A stretch of 61,992 bases of DNA, the filler included, from Choristocarpus tenellus KU-1152 (lineage: Eukaryota; Protista; Phaeophyceae): NCBI GenBank assembly GCA_964200185.2. It is 13 parts of 13 records of this genome, joined end to end, with 100 filler letters (N's around TTAATTAATTAA, not from the genome) between each part and the next. Parts side by side here need not be neighbours in the genome. Positions count along the whole stretch, not along the records: positions 50,437 to 56,941 come from CAXNAD020007988.1; positions 57,042 to 61,992 come from CAXNAD020012411.1; 11 more parts are not named here. One strand, 5' to 3'. This document shows positions 51,330 through 61,992 of the stretch, piece after piece; the first letter of the stretch is position 1; the number at the start of each line of letters is the position of its first letter. The notes under the pieces are model-generated. The model did no database searches and was not told the DNA's origin. It worked only from the letters and a program-made list of their open reading frames with translations. Made by a program: the position numbers and the translations under genes.

Positions 51330-54300
51330 CTTCGCTCCTCCGAGTCTCTTAACTTCCTCTCCAGCTTTCGTCGATGCCGCTCACCAGCGGTCTTATCTAC
51401 CCCCCTTGCCCCCCTCCCCTTGCCTCCGCCCTCAGCCTTTCCATCCCCCTTGTCCACACTGACCCCAAGTTCACCCGGTAGCACAGTTGTGGCAAATGTG
51501 GGCGATTGACCGTATCCTCCAGCAGATCCAGCAGAGTTAAACCCTGGGGGAATAGGCCTAGAGGGATCTTCCATGGCGGCTGCTAGACCAACAGCGCTGA
51601 CCCCACCCCATCCTGCCCCTCCCCCAGTCGCTCCTGAGGCCCCAGGTCGACTATTTTCTCTTATGTCGACGACGCAAACAGTCTCAACCGTGACAAGTGG
51701 TACTGTTGTTCCCCCACCATCACTGATGCCACTGTATGCGCTTTCACTGCAGTCAACGTTGATACCATTCCCACAGTTTGAGCCTGGGGAGGGGGCTGCA
51801 TTTGAGTCTACCCCTCCTCGCCCTCGCGGTGCCGCCCACACACCTGTACCTAGGGCTTCCACCTTATGTGGGAATGAACAGGAGGAAGGTGTTGACAAAG
51901 GAAGGTGGACCTGTGAGTGATTCTGATTCAAAGTACCTTAGAGGGTAGAGCCGCGTCCGTTTGGGGGCCAAAATCCAATGTTGCGATTTTGATGTAATTT
52001 GGCTATTGAATTTGTTAGGAAGTGCCAATATCCTTGTTCCGGTCATACACGTGACACCTACTCCAACAAGTATACATTTTGCCCACTTCGAAACATTTCG
52101 GAGTGGGAAAATGTCATAAGAAACCTGTGGGAAGACAAGCCCCAAACGGACAAACAGAGCAAAACTCGTACCCTCTCAGATACTTTCACTCTCTGTGACA
52201 TGGACAGAGGTGCTGACCTTTGGTAGACTCCAGAAGAATCTGGAGGGTGCAAATGACTACTGTAGCGGCTCCCAAGGCTACCCTCTGTTGTGAGCACTAA
52301 TGTAGCAGTATGTATGGACCTCAGCATACAGCAACATATATCCAAGGCAAAAAGAGAAGTAGGACAGAGCTGGAGTGCTCTGAAGTGAGGACATGAAGTA
52401 CACTAGCCAGGAAATTAGTCACATTATTTCTTGAAATGCTAGTCAAAACTGTGACCCCAATGCAATCACATCATACTCTATACTTTCACCCCTTAACATG
52501 AAAGCATCTCTCCCCTTTGCGAGTCTACATTGATGCAATCCAGTGGAGTCTCTCAAGTTTTCTCTCCCCCCCCCTCCATTTACCTTGCCCCCTGCATGGA
52601 CGTAGACGTGACGCACACGTTCACAGCGCTCAAGGGCCTCAGCAATCGTGCGGATGCCCTTGAGAAGATTGGCAAGTACAAAGTAGGAAGAGATTTGATT
52701 GTATGTGGGTTGACAATCAGCATGAAATTGTGGTCAGAAGTTGTGTCTATTCCTCCTTTAGGTGGATCCATTTTCAGGTTGCCTCTGATGCTCAGGTCTT
52801 TTCGCAGATTCAACTGGTAAGCACAGCCGGGCATAACAATCGATTTTCAATGCCACCTTGTATTTTCGGATTTATGAGAGAAAAAGAAGAGGCTTTAGGA
52901 TTGGATGCCAAGCCACTAAATCCTCGGCCTGCAACAAAATTCTGACACACCCTAGTGGTACAGTAACAGACAAATCAATGGCTTAACTCTTGATTTCAAC
53001 GAAGATATCCATTCATCTTCAAATACAGTAACCAAGCAGAATGGTATGGAGAGGCCGTGTCATAACATTCCATTACTTACAGCGCTCTAATGTCGACTGG
53101 CACTGGCAGGGGAGGGTACTTGGGTTCTGTCAGTAAGCACACTTAGCGCACTTGCCCTTGTCTCAACTGCTTAGGATCTTCTATTTTGAGCACTCCAGCG
53201 CATATTCCAATACGACTTGGGCTACATTTAGGTGACCTACATACAGGTGATGCAACTACTTCTCCAAGGATTTGTTCCCTATTTACAAATAGAAAAAGTC
53301 GTTAGCACTGGTAGCACAAGTCCTAAAGGCAGCTTGAATTGTAATCAACATTGGTAGCAAAAGCAGTAAGACCTCAAGCCTGAGTGAAAGTATCTTAGAG
53401 GGTACGAGTTTTGCCCTGTTTGTCCATTTGGGGCTTGGCTTCCCATGGGTTTTTTGATGACATTTTCCTACTCCAAACTATTTTGGAGTAAGTAAAATAT
53501 ATGTGTTATGAAATGATGTGTCCAGAATATGGATATTGACACTTCCTAACAAACACAATAGCTTAAAATTACACCAAAATCGTAACATTGGATTTTGGCC
53601 CCCAAATTGATGCGGCTCTACCCTCTAAGATATTTTGGCTCGCCTATGCCAACTCTGTCCATTAGCGACCATGCACAACCTACTACCGTGCTCATGTGGA
53701 CGGTTCCAACCAGGTAGGGCAGCAAGAATCTCCGCGAGTAGGTTGTTATCACCCCATGTTTACCTGCTTAGAGATCAGATTCCCACGAAGGTCCACTGAG
53801 CGTAATCCCATGCGCCCAGCAAGCACTGCAGCCAATGCAGCTGCACCCTCGTCTGTTATCTTTGAGAGGATGGGTAAAATGATGTACGTCATTGGCGACC
53901 TTTGTTTTTTGGGGGTGGAAGGGGCTATAGTGAGGCTGACGTTTGACCTACCAGGTCACACATTCTAAAGCAATCCCAAACAATCAGCGACTGGCCAATT
54001 ACATGCCTGGAAGAACATGAGTCTATTTAGGTCCGACACTGAAACATGGATATACCGCTACATACAGAAAGTATACAAAACGCAAATTGAAGACATTTTT
54101 CTGGATCTGAGGTAAGTGTTTCTAGACATGCACATATTAGAGAAAAGGTATAGTGCCACTCAATGAAATGACAGAGCACTCTGTCATATCAAAGACTGAG
54201 AGCACCCTACCTCATTTCCACGGAGGTTGAGCTCAGCGATAGTGGTACTGCCTCGAAGAAGTGCGGCAATCGCATGTACCTCTTCATCTGTCACACCGCT

Positions 54301-55794
54301 CTCAGGGAGCTCCAGGAAGGAAGAGTCGGTTGAGAAGTAATAGGTGTGTTTAGTTTGGATTGGAGGGGGAAAGGAGGGAAACACATGGTGATTTGTATCA
54401 CAGCCACCTAATGACATGCTTCAAGCACATCTCTTTGATTGAATCATTTTCTGCGATAACACTGCTCCTCGTAAGAAGTAACAGTGTAAATTTGCGGTCC
54501 TAACATCATAGTGCTTCACTTGCTCAATCATGATGTTGTTACACAGTATGTTTTGACTCGTATATTGTTATGATCTTTGTCAGCGGCAATGTCTCATAAA
54601 CTATAGTGGATTTTGACGGAGAGAAAGGGCATAATATGTGCCAAATAGAAGGTTTGTTCGTACCATGCCAGTACTGTGAATGAAGAGCCAACATGCTTAT
54701 GCTGATTTAGGGAACGCCCTGTTCTTGAAAACAAATAAGGTAGCAATCCAAACTCTGACTGCAGCCATACATTGACAGAGTTTATGCTCCTGGATTGCAC
54801 CCCTTAGGCCAGGAGCGGTCAGCAGGAGAGAGCAAGAGCACAGAAAACGATACATCTGCAAACCCAATAACCTCTTATATCACATGTATGATCATGCTTT
54901 TCCTTTAAGGTACCTGTGTATCTACCAGGGACACAACTCACGTCACTAGCAGAAATCCGTATTTCTACTTTACTGGCTGACACCATTCATCCCACAAATA
55001 TGTGTAACTAGTGTCAAGGGTATGCCCTGTCAGAACTACCATTATATGTAGCCTGCTCTGTAAATTTGTCTCAACCTGTCTGCCTGTCCTTTCCAAGCCC
55101 GTATACACACCTTCTCAACTTTTTTTCAATCATACCCCATCCTTTTAATGCTCAGAAGTACTTCACAGTGTCTAGATTTTTCTCATCACCTACTACAGAA
55201 TCCTACGTCACCTCCAACCTACTCCCCCCCCCAGAAAAACTCCTCAAGAATGAAAGTATCTCAGAGGGTACGAGTTTTGCCCTGTTTGTCCGTTTGGGCT
55301 TGGCTTCCCTCGTGGTGTTTATGACATTTTGCCTATTTCGCGGAGTAGGTAAAATGTATACGTTATGAAAAGCTATGTCCAGAACAAGGATATTGACACT
55401 TTCTAACAAACACAACAGCCAAAATCACATCAAAATCGCAACATTGGGTTTTGACCCCCAAATGGACGCGGCTCTACCCTCTAAGATAATTTGGCTCTCA
55501 AGTCATTTTTCCACTCCAACTTGTCCTAGGATCATCGGTGCAACGGAGCTTAAAGGTTAGGATTATGTCTGCATCCTATTGGCACATTGTTTGGTGAAGG
55601 GTTTCCATTCGTGCATGTATCGCTTTTCACGAGCTTTTCCTCCAATGCACCTGTAGGATGCCCCTCCCGGGTCTTCCCACTGCGGCAACCATACTCCTCG
55701 ATGCCTCTTCATCCAGCCCTAAAGAAGCAGCCGCCTTGACAGCATGGATGTACCGAAGGAGGGTACGTCGCTTCGCCTCCTCCTCCTCCGCCAC
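51330..55794 (-). CDS. Coiled-coil plus RNI-like leucine-rich-repeat protein, internal fragment (5 exons)
   Basis: Exons 55794-55651, 54309-54211, 53859-53764, 52658-52584, 51862-51330. LRRs IAELNLRGNE|ITDEGAAALAAVL and LRSVDLRGNLISKQ|GIRTIAEAL, then RHVYVHAGGK|VEALG. Confidence 0.85.
51925..52191 (-). mobile_element. MITE family A copy (reverse, long subtype)
   Basis: GATTCAAAGTACCTTAGAGGGTA...TACCCTCTCAGATACTTTCACTC. TCTG flanks both sides if the terminal G is shared. Confidence 0.9.
53382..53641 (+). mobile_element. MITE family A copy
   Basis: GAG...CTC termini; perfect TSD GCCT. Confidence 0.95.
55248..55497 (+). mobile_element. MITE family A copy
   Basis: GAATGAAAGTATCTCAGAGGGTA...AGATAATTTGGCTC; perfect TSD TCAA. 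Confidence 0.95.
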
Positions 55795-56272
55795 CTTGAA
55801 GTCAGTCAGTGTCAACATTGTAGGTTAGGGTGGTTGGGTATACATAGATAGGTAGTGGTGTATGAGAGTTCCACTTTTTCCTAGGTAGCGTTTTGGTTGT
55901 GTTTTGTCATGGTGTTTTGGAGCATATGCATCAGCTCGGCATGTTGTGATGTTTGTGGTCAGTTGGGGTGTATGGTGTTGTGGATGAACTTCTCCTTAGA
56001 AGACTAACCTATTTTCATAATGTCACGGGGATAGGAGGGAAGTAGAAGATCATGATGGCATAATGGCCGTCACCATTAGAAAGGGTTGCTTTGGGGTAGG
56101 ATCTTGAAGATGTATCAATAAAAATGTTGTTATATGTACTCCCAACTATCGCAGCCGTAACTGTAACCCTGTGCCACTTACAACTTGCTTGATACAACAT
56201 AGTATTAGAAAACGCTGATTGACCTTGCCAGTTGGTTTGCCAACCAAAATGAGATACTTGAAACTCATCAAT

Positions 56273-56542
56273 GAGTGAAAGTATCTTAGAGGGTACGAGT
56301 TTACCCTGTTTGTCCATTTGGGGCTTGGCTTCCCACGGTTTTTTATGACATATTCCTACTCTGAAAAGTTTCGGAATAGGTAAAATGTACATATGTTGGA
56401 GTAGGTATCATGTATATGTCCAGAACAAGGATATTGACATTTCCTAACAAACACGATAGACAAAATTACATCAAAATCCCAATATTGGATTTTGGCCCCC
56501 AAACGGACGTAGCTCTACCCTAACCCTAAGATACTTTGACTC
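56273..56542 (+). mobile_element. MITE family A copy (long subtype)
   Basis: GAG...CTC termini; perfect TSD CAAT; right TIR contains CCCTAACCCTAA. Confidence 0.95.
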
Positions 56543-59506
56543 CAATGTGACATATAGAACGGTTACAAAAATAAAAAGCGAGTCGCTCACGTTAACGTTT
56601 GAAATATGAGAGGTTTATAGATTTATCGTTTTCAAACAATGCTCCAACTGATATTTTTTAGAAAAAAATGTTGATTGGAGAAAACAGTTCCCTCATGTGT
56701 TCTATGCTCTCTATCGCCTCAGGCAAAACAACCTGTCATCGACAGGCCTAGGAAGTATACTACAAAAAGGAATGTATGTAGCAGTATCTAGTCTTCATTT
56801 GGTGACATGTGGGGATAAAGGAGTCTTGTTTGCTTTTGCATAGCATTTCTCAGACCCAAAGTATCTGGGAGGGGGGGGGGGTCTAAACCAGGGGGTCCAT
56901 TTGGATAAAAATCAGGAAAAGTGCATTTAAAGTATCAATCCNNNNNNNNNNNNNNNNNNNNNNNNNNNNNNNNNNNNNNNNNNNNTTAATTAATTAANNN
57001 NNNNNNNNNNNNNNNNNNNNNNNNNNNNNNNNNNNNNNNNNAATAAAAAAAAGAAAAAAAAAAAGAGGGGACTTCAACCACCACAAAGGAGGGGGGGGGG
57101 GGGGGGGGGGTTGTGCACTTTTGTTCTGACGACGGTTACAACTGTGAAAAAACTGTTTTGCTTCTAGCGACAGTTACGCTTGTAACTGTCACACCTATGA
57201 TTTATGTACACTTGTAAGTATTGGTGTGAGTGCTGTCACCACGTCTGTCAACACCCTTCTATGAATGTTCTCGAATTGTCCAGAGATCAAATAAATAAAT
57301 AAAAAAGTGTTCTCAAATTGAGTGCAGGACGGTAACTGCTGTAGGTTTAGGGATTTGGAGATGAAATCGGAACACACGATGTTGATGGCCGCAACAAGAG
57401 GATTCCAAATCCAGTCCTTGAATTCCATTCTTGGAAGGAAAGAGATATTTTTGGGACATAATTATTCCTAAATTGTGCGGAAATGGTGTCACACTGACAA
57501 AAATGGAACTTACCTGGTATGCCCCGTGATGCATTGGTTTGGGAGTGAAAAGCATCAGTCACTGACAAAAAAGAATGTGTCCATATTTGATGAGAAAACA
57601 TAGTACTGCATGGATCACGACCACAAGCTCGCACAGATTGGACCACACAGAGTTCACCCTCGAGCTCCAGAGCGCAAAGTATTATGGCCACAGGGTACTA
57701 CATAGCAGTCCAGGGAAGATCAGAGCTGCGGTTCAGAGTGCAGGCTTCGGACCTCATTTTTCATTAAAACATGGGAAAATGTGGTATCTTGGATTTATCT
57801 GTCCAACATCAGCTTGAAGTAGGCGGTTGATGGTCCAGGTACTTGTGCTAAACCTTATAATGGAGTTACATTCCAGTTATATTCCAGTGACCTCAAGAGT
57901 GCGACAGTTTTTTTCATTTTTCTGACATGCATATCTTGATGCAATCTCTACAAAAAAATATATGTTGTCAAACCCATTTTCCGAGGGGATGTTGACCAGG
58001 AAAAGAACTGTGGCACAGTGCTTAAATGCTGGAATAACTTGAGAAAACATCTGAAAATGTGGTGTATCCATTGGTTGCCCTGTCAGGTTGAGTTAGAGTC
58101 TTAGGGGAAAAAATATACTTTGGTTGATGCGTGGAACATCTATCTTTCTGTATTTTTCAACACGTGGCAAGGAGTTTGTCATGAGCATTGAACATTGTGT
58201 CACCTGGATCATATGACCGTGGTGGGAAAAGTGTTTTAGCTGGGGAGGTTGCAAGGCAAATAACATCCTGTATAAAGGCTTTACTTGAGAAAATTAGGCA
58301 TCGAGAAATTGACCCCTCAAAATTTCGAAAGTATGTGCATGCACTACTATGCCCTTTTTCTTAGGACCATATGTGGTTGATACGGGTTATAATTTTTTGT
58401 TTGACACCAGGGAACTAGGACCTGCACATGGGTGAACATATTTTGCCATATCTGGCTAGTTATTCAAAGCTGATTTTCAAGTTTTCATGGATAAACAATG
58501 TAGAGCTATATATATATGGTTGATTACAATCAAAATTCGTCGAAAGGCTCTATTTGTTCGAAGTAAGTTTCTTTTATGTAGCTCCATGGTGGATATGCGA
58601 AAATATCAACTTTCAGCTTTGGAACGACAAGTCAGATATGACGATTACTATACCCATGTATAGGTACTAGCTTCCTTATGTATGTAAAGTCAATGTCAGA
58701 ACATGAATCAACCACATATTGCCTGAGAAAGATGGCACCATGTGCCCATATGAGTGTCTTTAGGCTCAGTGGTGAAGGAGGCTGTACCCTGCATGAATTC
58801 TTGAGGTTCCAATCCCCATTGATACCATCATTATTTCCGACAAGTTATGGTTTCAATTATTCAAAGTCCACATCGCGGACACTGCAGATTGAGCGCCTCG
58901 ACAATCTCATCTGTCACCATGCCACAAGAACGCTGAATCAAGTACAATATTCATGAGGAGGATGATAAGGGACAAAGGCAGAACAATTTGTCACAGTGAA
59001 ATTGTTATTTCCAGGAGATAGTAGTAGTGCATTGTGCAGTGCCTGAAACCACACGGTGGAATAGTCCCTAGACTAGAGTGAAGATAGTAGTAATAATAAC
59101 AATAGTTTCTGGTGTTTTGGGAACAATTTTCGTAGACTGTAAGAGGCAGAAATATGATTTGTCTAAGTGTTTGCCGTTCCATCATAAATGCCACCTATGT
59201 TGATATTATTTTGTTGTGTATCATCTATTTCGACTACTTTTTCTTTAATGTTCCCTTCTGGTCTATGTGTCTGGTGTACGTGAAAGTGCACAGATGTTCC
59301 CTTCCGGTTTGCTCTCAGTTCAGCTGCACACATAGAAACAACAACAGGTTGGACAGTCGCTACCTGAACAACGATGAATGGTGCAAGAAACATCTGTCTT
59401 TCTCCTCCCTCTCTAAACCATTCCAAGTATCAATCATCATTATTCCATTGTGACCTGCCCCTGCCCCTGCCCCTACCTCCACTCACCATGCTCACCCCTC
59501 CCTTAG

Positions 59507-60430
59507 GTCAGTGATGATGCTGGTCACACTTACCGCATTCGTGCGTCAGCAGAGCGGCTGGACAGCGTGTTGTGTGCAGTGTGTGACAAGCTTAAAACCC
59601 CAAAGGAGGGCATGCTACTCAAGTATTGTGACGACGAAGGGGATCAGATAGTGCTGAGCGGGTAAGAGAAGGTTCTGCTGCAGAGTGGGTAGTTCATTCA
59701 GATCGTTGCTTACTGTCAATTGGTGGGGAAAGAGAGGTCTTCGCGAGGAAAGGATGAGCTTTTGCTTTAATCCGGACTTCTCAAGCAGTTGAATCTTTGC
59801 AAAACAATATGCGCGGTCTTTGTTAGGCATCGGTATTATCTAATCCAAGTCAGTAACTGCTATGGGGTGTCTGCCTCTACCCTGAATAACAAGTCACAAT
59901 CAAAACATTAATACTACTCTCACTATCACCATCACTGCAATACCTGGTACAAGCCCACTTTCTTCACAAAGGTATGTTGTGGCGCCATTGAGGTCAACAA
60001 CAGTTTGGGGACCTAACTGGCTTTCTTACTGTACGAAGATGAGTCCAATGTTCCCCCCCCCCCAGTTCAATTGCCACCCACTTCCCTTCACGATTCCAAA
60101 CATTAACTAGATCGGACACCCTGATTTATTTATTTTTTCTTTGGTCTCACTTACTCTGGCAGTGATGATAGCCTGCATGAGGCCGTGGACATGGCAAGGG
60201 CGGCCGGGTCGCCAGCTCTTAGACTCGTTGCCTTTGTCAAGTCTGAACCTCCATCTGGTGCTGGTAGTGCAAGTGGAGAGGACGAAGGGAGCAAGGACAG
60301 CAAGAGTAGATCTCTGAACTCAGAGGAGGAGGTGTCCAATGGTGGAAAAAATATGTTGATGATGGGTGGGGTAGCCTCCGCTGTAGCGGTGGCAGTATTG
60401 GCTGTGCTTGTATCAATGCGAAAGCGGTGA
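59507..60430 (+). CDS. PB1 domain plus C-terminal TM tail (CBSCBSPB/Mug70-like), last two exons
   Basis: Exons 59507-59661 and 60163-60430. LKYCDDEGDQIVLSG|DDSLHEAVDMAR is the PB1 OPCA motif, followed by the hydrophobic tail GGVASAVAVAVLAVLVSMRKR*. CBS domains are not in the window. Confidence 0.85.
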
Positions 60431-61992
60431 CCGGCATTATTGATACAAACTTTTGGCTGGCTTTCCTGTTTGACAGTGTGCTGTAAGTGCATTTGTTTTC
60501 TGCACTGGTGCTGGTTCTACTTGTGATGTTCTCTACAAATTTCTCCCTCTATACTGTCTTTTGCTGGGCTGGAGTTCAATTAAATAGTAGGGGTGGTTGT
60601 AGTGGACGTGCTTGAAGACGCTTTGCTAGTATTGATTGCTTTGTGACCAGGTGTGTGGGAGAGGAAAGGCGAAAGACCACTACCTGAGAGTTGGGAATTA
60701 CTGTTGAGAATGTGTTTAGTGTATCGCTCGCTGCCTGCCGACTTTTTTGAGGCACTCATGACAACCCAGGTGATCATTACGTTGTATGCTGAATGTCTTG
60801 TTTTTGTGTGCTTTGTGGGTAAGTTTCCATTTGTTCATGCGGTTGAGTGGGTGAGTGAATAGGTGAGGGCTTGTATTTCAAAGCATGTTATGAATAATAT
60901 ATCCATCTTATGATTCTGAAGCAGCATTGTCTATGTTGAACTTCGAATCTTACCCCCTCACTCTTCCTGGTCACATCGCTTCCATTATAATGAATTCCGT
61001 CTTGGGAGAAGAAGAGCTTTGCCATATTATGTATATACCTTACCTTTTTTCACCCCATCTAAATCCATCACTCCTCGCTACCAGTTTTCTTTCTTTTTGT
61101 ACAATCGATGGTATGATTTTGAACAAATACTAAGTGGACTTTGGTGTTATATGGAGAATGGGTTTTATAGAGCAACTGGCCCCTAAATGCAGTTGTGGAG
61201 ATGGACGGTATTGGCCAACTATGGCTGAACATTCTAGGGTGTAATGGTGTTATGGATAGAACTGATCGAGCATCCACTATGCCTTCCAAGGAATGCTATT
61301 TTTTGATGTATACATTTTTTATTATTATGCCCTATGACATTTTGTAGATGTTTCAGGGGGAAAACCAGTGAAAAACCATTCAAGTGTCAGAACCCCTGAA
61401 AAAGTAACACTTGTCGTAAATGTGAAAGACAATTTTCTATTTACTATTTTTGTGGTAACGAGCTAGTCATTATTATTGTTACTAATGCACACCCACCCAC
61501 ATTTTGGAGGATATTATGAAGGGGACAAGAGATTGACATACGAGGTAGGAGATGACCATTTCTTTTATCTGAGGGGTCCCAGACTCGCAATCAATAGGAT
61601 GGTCCGAACAAGGCAACACACACTGGTTGAGAAATTAAACATTTTAGAAGTACGTCATTAATATCACGGAACTAAATTGGTACGCATATGGCAAAAAAAA
61701 ATGTAATTATTCCTAAAATCATATCAAACAAGATATGAGATGAAAGCTGGGTGTAAGAGGAATTTGATTTTATGACCAAAAAAATGATTTCTACAGGTAC
61801 CACATGGTGTGAAGCTATTATTGCAGAGGTATTGTGATATGGTTTAAACAGGGTGAAATTACACGGTGGTAAAACAGTCAATGCACCACTTAACGTCGAT
61901 AAATGTGAGGGCAGGGTTATACTGTGCAAAATAGGACAATAGTGAAGTGTACCTTATTTTTGTGTATATGAGATTATTGTGTTGAATTGAAT

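Noticed and set aside
47726-56392. Recurring small ORFs (KWTNRAKLVPSKILSL, ILTLPNKHNSQN...)
   Set aside because: Chance translations of MITE copies; frames are not conserved between copies.
4278-57041. Regularly recurring TTAATTAATTAA between N runs, and any gene neighbourhood across them
   Set aside because: Artificial concatenation linker; genes on different contigs cannot be treated as clustered.
57169-57190. Perfect 9-bp hairpin GACAGTTAC-GCTT-GTAACTGTC as a Helitron end or terminator
   Set aside because: No CTRR terminus at the expected distance and no U-tract; single occurrence.

Overview
This is eukaryotic, intron-rich DNA, most like a brown alga or a close stramenopile relative. It is not one locus: 13 short contigs are joined by artificial 100-bp linkers (44 N + TTAATTAATTAA + 44 N). 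I rebuilt spliced gene models by hand from splice signals, exon phase and recalled family motifs; no database search was run. Complete genes: a YjjX-type ITP/XTPase and an SLC35A-type nucleotide-sugar transporter, head-to-head. Partial genes: a PARP16-like mono-ADP-ribosyltransferase head-to-head with a CFAP157/BBOF1-like coiled-coil gene, a TSET subunit TSAUCER/TASH3 homologue, a DUF3638/DUF3645-type protein, a Prp38-like RS+HIND protein, exportin-T, a coiled-coil/LRR protein and a CBS-PB1-TM protein. The most notable signal is a candidate Sola2-type DNA transposon system with four parts: (1) a ~250-270 bp MITE family (7 full copies, 1 partial) with GAG...CTC termini and 4-bp target-site duplications; (2) a sister family at 7 contig ends; (3) an intron-split Sola2-like transposase 5' fragment; (4) upstream of it, an array of hairpins carrying the same AAAGTAT core as the MITE ends. 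Relics of RTE, CRE/RLE and Copia retroelements are present. The gene models also show frequent GC donors and AAG/GAG acceptors, and CpG-rich divergent promoters in a CpG-poor background.
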